Assembly (NCBI RefSeq): GCF_006345805.1
Contig: NC_043003.1
Location: 73,036,001-73,100,000, forward strand
Direction of reading: 5' to 3'
Source of the DNA: Octopus sinensis
Taxonomy: Eukaryota
DNA length: 64,000 nt
Under the pieces are notes generated by a model. That model made no database searches. It worked only from the letters and a program-made list of their open reading frames with translations, and was not told where the DNA came from. The position numbers were made by a program, and so were the translations under genes. Positions 53,621 to 64,000 of this stretch are shown one piece after another; position 1 is the stretch's first letter, and each line of letters starts with the position of its first letter.

Positions 53621-54829
53621 GTCGTCTCGTCGAACAATATGGTACTGGACAAATGAACTGGTTAAATGACCCGTGATCTGGTTCAGGACAGGGAGTGGGA
53701 TGAGGTTACAAGTAAGATAGCCAGTATCACTTAGAAATGTGCTGTGAAAATGCAATGTCCAGAAGATCAGGGAGAGGTGGTAATCACATTATGGCCTTCT
53801 CCATAATTTACCACCCGACTGACGTGCTTTGCAGGTATTACAGTCAATGGAAGAGACAGGAGGAGTGCAGTTTTAACATCAATAGATATCCTTTTCTAGA
53901 CATGATATCTCTGCCGATATATACAAAATGCATGCAATTTTTCTTGAAATGTGCCTCCATGAATCGAAACCAGATCCCAGTTGCAAGATATTGAAATAAT
54001 AATGAAACATCATAATGTACATATGTTTTTGTGTTAAATGCAAAAGGTTTTTGAAATATTTAGTAAGATATTAATAAAATTATATTTCAGCGATATCCTC
54101 CAGAAACAGTTTGAAATGAATTTAATACGGTATATCATGATTTTGATTTCGTCACAGGAAATTTAGTCATATCAAATTTGAAGAAGTCAGTCTGCAAACA
54201 CTGCAACTTCTTAGAAACTCATTTATTTTTGCTGCTGTTTGTATCCATTGATATAAATTTACTTTCATAGCAGCTGTTTAAAACAAGTTACCCTAAGTCA
54301 GACGTATATCTGACATAGTGTACCAAGTCGGTGAGATTCAAGACCTTGACTATCATTCAAGCAGCTAACTGAATATAATTATAACCGAATTATTATTTTA
54401 GAAAAGTTCACAAAATCGAATATTAGTTTAGACTTCCCGTTATAAAACACAATTTGGTTAAAATTTTATTATAATTTAGTTATAATTCTTTGAAGAAGAA
54501 TAAAATAAACGATACGTTAGAATTTTCTATTATGGCATGCTTGTTTTATTGCATTTATTAAAACTTAATGGGACTGTTTTTTGCTGTTACATATTCTCTC
54601 AATTTTCGCCTTAAGTTCTCATGCTTAATTTAACTTTTAACACTTGCTAATTCACATTGAAAAGTATCATCAATATCTAACAGATCAATTCAATTTACTA
54701 GTAATTCTTTTGAATTGACTGAATCGTTACAACTTATCATTTCTTCATTTCTACTTTTACCTCTAAATATAAGAACCTTCATGTTTTGGCAAATAGTCAC
54801 TACTAATACTTGATAAGTAATATTTCTTT

Positions 54830-55030
54830 CAAATTTTGGTACGAGGCCAGCAGTTTCAGAGTGGGTGAAGTCGATTACGTCGACCTCATACTCAACTGAT
54901 ACTTATTTTATCGGCCTCGAAAGAGTTAAAAACGAAGTTAACCTTGGCAGAATTTGAACTCAGAATGTAAAGACAGACGAAATGCCGGGAAGCATTTTAC
55001 CTGGCATGCTAACTTTTCTACCAGCTCACC
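54830..55030 (-). mobile_element. tRNA-derived SINE, family 1
   Basis: Reverse-complement homology to 49641..49875. Confidence 0.7.
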
Positions 55031-57099
55031 ACTCATAAGTAATGTTAAATGCCAAACTTTTCACGGTCCTTGTTGCTCCAACGAACAAGGGCATAAACAT
55101 GTTTAGTAATAATCAGTGAATGAGAAAAACGTTTTCTGCTGGATAGCAGTTTAGTGTGTTACGGACATAGAAATGGTTTTTACTTAGCAACGGACGTCAA
55201 CGAAATACCGCAAGTTATCAATGCTGTAAATGCTCCAAGTAGTTATTAATAAATTACAGCAACCAAAAATCTAACAGGATAAAAAAGGACAAGAGAAAGC
55301 GGTGAAGCCAAACCCAAGTACACAGCTGATGTTTATTTTATCGAGATTATATGAATGATAAGGGTATTTCTCCTCGGTGGGAATTTGACATCAGAACATA
55401 TAGCAAAGCTGATGTAAAATATTTCTTCCGGTTTTTGTTTCTATCATACATTAACGTTTAAAGAATTTTATAGAATTGTTAATAAACATGAATTTTATTA
55501 CAAATATGTAAATGATATAGAAGCAAGGACATGGTCACGTGTTGGTCAAGTATTAACTTGGAATTGATATCTTTTATACAGGCCATATATTCTGGCCTAT
55601 AATATCCATTAAGAGCAATGAATATTGCGTATCGCATTGTAAATACTTCTAATCCTATGCACGTGTGTATGTTTGTCTTGTCTCTGAACCCAAATTTGAT
55701 TGAGATAGAAAACAGATCAGAATCAAGTAAATTTGTTTGTCAAACATCCATGATCTATTTGGAGAGAACAACAAAAATATTTTAGAGTAAGGTGACACAT
55801 ATTGATTGTTGTATGAAAAAGAAATATTGATTGAATTAAAATAAGAATCGAAATAATAAACCACCCATTATCCCTACGTCACTGTCCGGGTTTCCGGCCT
55901 GTAACATCGTCCGGATCGATTTTGCATTATTATTTCCAGCTCAGAGAAAAATAATGATTTCTTCCTTTGGAACATAGCCATATATTTCTTGTCCGATAGT
56001 ATATTCGACTGAATCAATTCCAGTGTATACTGTTGCTTCTTTTTCGATTGCAAAGAGTCGAAAACCTATAGACGCCCGTAGTGGCATTTGAACTTAAGAT
56101 CAAAAAGCATAGAATTAAAGTTGGGGATATATTTAGTTCGATACTCTCCAGTTCTAACACATTCTTTAAAACCGGTAAATAAAGTCGACGTGCTTTATGT
56201 CCGGACAACTCACAGTAGAGAAAGTACTCGAATACCTATTTCTAGACTTCTTATTCGAATCTGTACAATTTTAGAAGTCATAGCATTGTCATAGCATTCC
56301 TGTTTGGCTTCATGAACACGTTAAATTAAAAATTCAAGATTCGCCTTACGGCACATGCAGTCAGTGTGTGGACATTTAATATTATCAAATGAAGTCGGAT
56401 GTGTACATTACAATGTCTGTATTTCATGAGATTGGAGAATTTCTGTTTGAAGTCTTAGGATTAGTAAAGTATCTCAACGCAAAATCAGTTTGGTGGAGCC
56501 ATTATATTCATATAGTAACCCCTATGATTTTAAAGATGGAACATTTCCTTCCAGTTTTGCTATGAGATAGAAGCAAACATTGAACACGATTTGTTATGCT
56601 ATATTGTGTGTATTTATAGTTACGCTGATAAATCAAATCCGTGGATACGATACTGCGCCAGTGGCGAGATACGACCTACCAACCTAATATTTGTAAGCCG
56701 ATATATCTGCAGATTCGACAACAAGCAAGTCTTTATTCTACTTAAAAGAGATGACGCGAAAATTGCGATTAATAATGTAATATATCACTTTGATCAGGGA
56801 AGCCATCTTCCCTGGAGACTATTGGAATATATGAAACTTCAACTATGACAAAGAATTCTGTGAAAGTATTAGGATAAATATATTGAAAATATTCTATATT
56901 ACATAGGATGTATAAAGATCGATAAAGCAATTGATGTTATACATATATGTATATAAATATCTAAAAGGATATGTGCTTGTATATATATACATAGCTCCAT
57001 AGCTATGTAGGTACTAACGTATGTATGAATCTATATATGTCACTTTTAATTTCCATTGTAAAAACAGAAATATTTATGACACAATATCTACAATTTCAG

Positions 57100-57318
57100 A
57101 AGATTACTGTGCTGATGGGCATATCTTCAAAGTCTACCCGTTTGATGCTTGTAGTGAATCGTTCGTGCATTGTGCAAATAACTACAGCTACATCGCAAAT
57201 TGCCCAGACCATCATTGCATTGACGCAGATATCGGAATATGTGTGATGTGTGACTGCAATCAGAGCAAGTCAGTAACTGGAACATATGAGAAAAACAAAT
57301 CAACTTTACGATATGAAG
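57100..57318 (+). CDS. Host gene exon: peritrophin-A / CBM14 chitin-binding domain (73 codons)
   Basis: Acceptor tacaatttcag, donor G|GTATGT, symmetric phase 1. YCADGHIFKVYPFDACSESFVHCANNYSYIANCPDHHCIDADIGICVMCDC has CBM14-like Cys spacing (C-x13-C-x6-C-x9-C-x12-C) with YP, FxxC and CP signatures. Confidence 0.78.
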
Positions 57319-57799
57319 GTATGTGAGCAAATCGCTGATTATTTTATTTGACATAAGAATACAAACATAAAACCAAGAACAGATAAATATACACAAGGGA
57401 CTGCGTTAAAGCAATGAATTTGTGCTACTGTTAAAGAGATGAGACAAAAGCTTCACATTATAATATATACATATGTGTGTATATGCGTGCGTGTGTGTGT
57501 GTATACACATATATTACATAATATATATATATATAATACATTTTCTTTATATATATATGACATATACACATATGAATGCGTATGCAAACACACCTGTATA
57601 CACACATACACACATTTACATTTATACGCCTGTGTGCGTGCGTGAGTGCTTATGTGTATAAATATTTGCGAAATACACCGAATATATATTTCCCTGCTAA
57701 GTCTAGGTAACGTGTTCAATAGACCTAACTGTAGTGGAACGATATTATCAAATATAAATAATGTATGAAAATCAGCAATTGTTAGAGGACGAAGAAGGT

Positions 57800-58170
57800 A
57801 CTCCAGCTTCAAACAATCTTTGATATCTACAATGTACTCAAGAGAAGGCTATGCTGCTGCATATACAAACTTCCTAGACTGCATCCAGTAAAGAGACACC
57901 CGGCTGGTTAGCATAACGTCACTCACAATCTCATTTCAGCCTTTGGCCCATAGACACGTTTCCCCTCTTTACCTGTTCTACCGCTAATATCATTTTTCTC
58001 AACTGCACGTCTTGCTTTGTCCATCCTAGAGACATTTCACTACGCTCATTCTGTTCTTCTAAGAACATCAACCCTTTTGAATTCTCTCCCTGCTTATGTC
58101 CGTCTCTCGAGCGTTGACTTGCAATTATTCAAGGGTAAACTTATTGGAATCAGTCTGGGCATCTTATTGG
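57800..58170 (+). mobile_element. CR1/jockey-like LINE 3' fragment
   Basis: FQPLAHRHVS.L.LFY and RTSTLLNSLPAYV...DLQLFKGK. Confidence 0.45.
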
Positions 58171-59905
58171 CATCAGTCCGTCAAGGAATTTGTATGTCCT
58201 TCGGATCCAGCAGTTAAAAACATTTGTTCTACAAACGCATACATACATACGTACATACATACGTACATACATATATACATACATACATACATACATACAT
58301 ACATACATACAACATACGTGCATACATACATACATATATACAAGCATACATACATGCATACGTACATATATACAAGCATACATACGTACATAAACACGCA
58401 CACACACACACGCAGACACACATACACACGCAGACACACATATGCATGTATATCCTAGTCATATGCATAAAAATAACTCATATTAAAAGTAACTCCTTGC
58501 TTATACACGGTCATTGTTGATGTAAAGGAGACTAAAATATTCTGTGAAAAAAATTGAGATGTCGCAATACCAAATCAGTCTTCTAGGTCTTGATTCTCTA
58601 AAGTAAAGGGTTTTGCCTTCCGGGTATAAAATACACATTAATGAATTACATTGATGCCTGTAAATATTTGTCTGGTTTGAATAAATCTAAGATAGAACTA
58701 AAGTGATGATATGTATAAAATATGTAATATAAATAGAATTAAGTCAAAGTAACTCAGGGAACATATATTGAAATATGTGACCTGGTTTCATCTTATTTTG
58801 GATGTAATTATGTTCCTGTGCAGGTGTTTAGAACATAATATAGTACACCGACCAATGAACAAAACATTTACTAAATACTGTCCGTGATTTAGTTTTCGAT
58901 GTAAGATGTACATAATCTATGTTTTTTTATGTAAACGCTTTCAGAAAAGTAGAGGCACTCTGTAACAACGCTTGTAATTGTAGTAGAATTTTAGATAGGT
59001 TTGATTATATACCAAGGGGTTTAACACCCAAACGTTGAAATAAGACTTCTGTAATATAATTCAGTTTTTATCTTGAATGTTCGTACAAACACTGTCAAGT
59101 TCGCCGCGTGGGATTTTAGCAATAGAAATTCCGTTAAAAGTCTTACTATATATTCCTTTAATGCAAGTCAATTATAAAACAGTTGAAAACAATCATGCAC
59201 CGGTTCTGCAATAGTATGAACTCTAGAAACAAATCAGTTAATGGAAACTATATTGCCATTTCGTATAATTTGTCAAGGTAGATTTGAATGTCGGTGCTCA
59301 ACTAAAATCCTACAACATAATGATAGCCAATAATAATTAATGCAAAATATTACCCATACAGATATTTGTTAGTCTGCCCACTCAGGAAGTCTTCAATTGA
59401 TGTTAAGGGGTTGGAGATTGAAAGAAATTTGTGATATAATTTAGTCTATTTTTGCTTCGCGTGTACTTAAAAGCGTAACTGCATACAATCAGTTTATTCC
59501 TATGTTTATAGCTATTGGGACAACCTGTTGAGCATACTTTCGCATAACACATTTACCGGAGTAACATTGCCTCGTCTTTGAACGCAGTTACTTCGATATT
59601 GTCACGTTACGAAACGTCACAGACATACAAACCAAATTTTATGTTTCATCGCTTCAACCAATCAAAATGTGTCTTCCCTTTTTGAATTTGAAATATAATC
59701 TCACCCACAAAAGGAATGAATGTTTAATCAGCGATTAGAGGTGAAAAGGTTGCGTCCTAACACGTTCCGCCATATGACAACTTTTGAAAATCACAAAACT
59801 GTGAAAACTTTACATATGTTGATCTTAAAACTCCAAGTACTTTAATTTATATTTCTTTATATTTCTAAACATGTGGAAAAATAATATCTTCTTCTCTATT
59901 CTTTA

Positions 59906-60010
<105 letters not shown>

Positions 60011-60899
60011 GAGATATATTTAAAGATTCAAAGAAAACGGAGGATATATACATGGAGTAACCACTTTATAATCGTGGTCCAGTCAAATTCATAAGTTAAT
60101 TCATATTGCCTATACTGCGTTTCGGCTAACTGCTGTCATTTGTATTGGCACTTTTAGAGTCATCATGAATGAGTTAAAAATGCAAAAGTCTCCTCAGGGC
60201 ATAATTGATAATGACTGATATTTTCCCCATCCTAATGGCTGGAGAGTTAATTCCGATTGAATTGTAGCATGTGCATCTTGGATTATGTTCTAAAAATAGT
60301 TAAGAGTTGATTTTTTCGACCTGCGGGACAAGGGACAAGCATAGTTCAGAAGAACTATGGTCATGTTTCTATTCCACTCGTTTGGTAGTGCCGATTAACT
60401 GTTTACAAGCCTGCCACTACGTTTTCATCCTATTCAGTATGTCCACAATACATTCCTCTACGTTCTTCTTCCACCCATTTGGCAAAATTGATTAACTACT
60501 TAGGCCTACAAGCCTGCCCATACTTTTCATACTATTCAGCATGTCCATAGCATAGTCATCTACGCCCTTATTATTGATGAAATAGTTCTAGGTGTGGACG
60601 TAATTGTTACTTTTATTCATATATTTTATATCCACCCTATGAATTGCTTATATTTTTTAAAATTTATATTAGTTACTAATAAATATAATTATCTTTTTAA
60701 ATATATTAGTTGATAGGTTGGGTTCATATACATATATCTTTGTTTATTTAATTTAGAGTATAGATGCATGATTCATAGGTATTATTTACACAGTGTTTAT
60801 TTAAACCATTTCTATTTAAATTTATTGAACTTTATGAACTATTCATAGGTATTATTTACGCAGTTTTTATTTTAACCACAGCTATTTAAATTTATTGAA

Positions 60900-62590
60900 T
60901 GTATATTTAACTTTATGAGCACACCAAAGTCCTCTTTCCATCTTGTTCTTGATTAATTTGCGTTTTGATATAAGAATCGGGTAAATTTCGTCGATGCAAA
61001 GTTCACATATTTTGTTCCCTATGCTCTAAAATTTTGCTCTGCAAATCAATTCCCACGTAAGTGTATAGTCCGTATTTTTATCTTTAATCGACCAAATTGG
61101 TCTCTTTATTCTATCCCTGAAGGTATTTTCATGATTAGCTATCCTTCTTTTTATATATTTTTCTGTAGAACCTATATAGTAGTAAATCCATCCCTCAAAT
61201 ACAGCCTTACATCCTTTTTACTCACAAAAAGAATTTAATGGATATCGTTTTCCTTCGGCGCAATCGCAAATTTTATTTTTAGTAGCGCTTCCTGTTTTCT
61301 TACTAATAATGTTATGCTTGTATTCCATGCTTTCAGAGTTATACTCAGTATATTTATTTTCCATGTTTGGAGTCTTTCCCCCTAATCTAAGATTATTTAC
61401 GTTAGTTTGTTTATTACTTTCCTTACTATCTTCTTTGTCATTGTTTTCTTTGCCCATCCTAATACTTTTATTGATTTTTCTTTTATGTTTGTAGTTGCCA
61501 TTGTTATTATTATTATTTACATTTATTATATCAGTATTTATATTTATGTTATTAATTTTGTTATTAATATTGTTGATGTTGAGGCTTCTTTTTATAGATT
61601 GTATGTTTATGTGTTTAGATCCTAGCGGAGTGTCCTTTAGAATTATTTCCCTACCTTCGTTTATCGTACTATTCAAATTTTCGTTGATTTTCTCACCATT
61701 TTGGCCATTTAATAATTCTACTCCTAGTGTTGTAAAAATCATTTAATCTTTTTGCATTTTGTGCAGCAATAATTTCTGCTACATTTGTCGATATGCAAAA
61801 ACCGGCCCTTAATTTGTGTTAGTTTATTATATTTTTTCTCTGAAAACTGCTTATAGACACCTTTGTAGAATAGTTTCACTATATGAATTCTAATTTTATT
61901 TTGCGAAAGGTATTATGAACCATATTACATAATCTTTAGAATGATGTTTAAGGAGGTTAATTTCATTCATGCATAGGGTGTAATTTTTTTCAGAATTGTT
62001 ATGTTTAGTTTTTCAATTCTTTCTCTTTCATTGTTTATTGTCCTATTTTGGTTTATATTTATATAGTAATAACTATTATAGTGTTTTCGACTTCATTTTA
62101 ATCTTATTATCATTATCCGTTCCTTAATGTTTGCATCTTTGTTATACGTGTTTGATTCATTTTCATTCTCCATCTGTTTCTTGATGTGTTTACTTATATT
62201 ATTCTTATCGGATTTATATTCTGTTCTACCCATATTCTTTTTATTCTTGTATCTATTAATTTCTATGTTAATAACTTTATGACGAATCTTGTTTTGTGTA
62301 TTGTCCGTATTCTCTAATTTTACGCTTGGTCTATAGAATTTTAAGTTTTGTTTATGTTCAGCTTTACTTAGTGTGATATTATAACAATCTATATTGTGTT
62401 TAAAAATTACCTCATCTGCAGAGAGACTAGAAATTCTTTTAGATATATTTTCAACTAAATTTCCTGTAATATTTCTTGTATGGTTACTATTTTTATTAAT
62501 GTTCCTTATATTAATATTAGGTTTAGAGTAGGGTTTATATTTACCTGTTTCTAGATAAAGGTTAATACCCAAGAAGTTAACTGAATTGTG
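60900..62590 (-). mobile_element. Penelope-like element: thumb + GIY-YIG
   Basis: LGINLYLETGKYKPYSKPN...NKNSNH, CDCAEGKRYPLNSFC, YYIGSTENI*KRRIANHE, KICELCIDE; same subfamily as 26800..27900. Confidence 0.8.
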
Positions 62591-64000
62591 TTCCTTTTCA
62601 ATAGTGATATATTTCCTATATCGAAAATTATGGAAATCTCCATAGCGACAACAGGAATTTCAGATGTGTAAAGTTCTAATGTTGAAGAGGAACCAACGAT
62701 AAACACTAGTACATAGATACATGAAAAATTTTCAGTATCGTTAATCGATGTTAGTACAAAACTGGTGTACGCTTGGATAATATATCCCTAAGAAAGAAAA
62801 AGTCTTTGTATACAGACTTATATATATATATACAAAGCTATACTTATATGCATATACATATACGCATGAACAAACACACACACCACACACATACCAGAAC
62901 AGAATCTAAAGAAACCGGTGTTGGAAGGTGTTGACAAGACTTTATTTAAGTAACATGTACAAAAAGAGTATAGTGAACTTGCAGTAGGGAATGCAAAACC
63001 TAACGTTTAGGGCAGAGTCGCTCAGGGAAAAGTTGACCGAATAGAAATTAAAAAGAGATAGTAGAGTTTTGCATCCTTTGTGTTTGTAAAACAGACTGTA
63101 ACTGATGGGGAATGCAAGATGACATGAGAGAACATCAAGTTGTAGACGAAGGAAAATTTATAAGAAAGTTAGAAGGGAACAGAATGAGATGGAGAAGCGG
63201 CTGAAGGTGGGAGTAAAATAAAAGGAAGAACTGAGATGACAGGTAACTGAAGTATAAGAATAGGATTAGTGAACTAAGATTAGAAGTAAAGTGAAAACAG
63301 TTTATTTAGACCTCTTGGTGACATGGTGCTAACTTCAAAAATCACAGCTATTAATCAGTTTCGATGGTTTCAATAATCGGTGGAATTGCTACATTCCTCA
63401 ACTAGCTGGATGATATGTATACACTAAGATTGTGTAAGTCCATGCATTGTCAAAAGTAAACCTCAGTCAGTGATATTGTGATGACTGTTAAGAATACATT
63501 GCCCTTGTACACAGGCTGATACCGTTATAAGTACAGTTGGTGGTCGGAGCAATGAAGCTCATAGCGAGACAATATTTAGGTTGCTATAACAACTGGGGAG
63601 CACAAAATAGGGAATCAGTGGTTTCTGATTTGAGTGGACACTAAGTAAGCGTATATCTGTTCGTATTACTGATTGTATTAAAACAATCAACTTTATCATT
63701 ATGCTAACCTACTGCCACACGTTAAGTGATTTTTCTAATTGTATCATCCTTGTTGTTTACAATGTGTTTACTAAGTTCATTCTGAAGATAGTTTATTTAG
63801 TGTTTACTAGAAACGTCTCCTTTTTGTCTGTCATAATGACATTTATTTTAGACGTGTATATGTCTAAATCTACTGGAGATAACTTGATTAGGAAATATAT
63901 AAAGATATACACACGCGCACATACGCATACGTACGCAGATATATCTGTATACCCTTGAGGGTATTGAGAAATGCTTAGTACTGGACATATAGGTATAATA

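Noticed and set aside
56620-56700. CpG-rich segment after a plausible acceptor (gtatttatag) with a GTAAGC donor
   Set aside because: The phase-1 frame hits TAA before the donor; the open frame is phase 2 to 0 and does not fit the neighbouring exons. No domain signal.
62620-62790. S/T/E-rich peptide-like stretch (EISIATTGISDV*SSNVEEEPTINTST*)
   Set aside because: Two in-frame stops and no convincing splice sites. It could be a decayed exon but is unsupported.

Overview
AT-rich eukaryotic (animal) genomic DNA, dense in microsatellites and transposon relics. The SINE and LINE repertoire looks like an octopod cephalopod; this rests on recalled repeat families and is not verified. A single + strand host gene crosses the window as five phase-compatible exons (about 889 codons). 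They encode the C-terminal half of a SEA domain, a 550-aa Ser/Thr-rich mucin stalk, two Ig-like domains and a peritrophin-A/CBM14 chitin-binding domain. Both ends of the gene are unresolved. The introns hold Penelope-like elements (PLEs), mariner and maT transposon fragments, R4/Dong, CR1-like and Tx1-like LINE pieces, a Gypsy integrase fragment and tRNA-derived SINEs. The most notable signal is about ten minimal type-I hammerhead ribozyme motifs with palindromic stem III. Three belong to a SINE-like element built as tRNA head + variable microsatellite + hammerhead tail, and several sit in long fold-back inverted repeats. No CRISPR array, rRNA or intact tRNA gene was found. Coordinates of degraded repeats are approximate.
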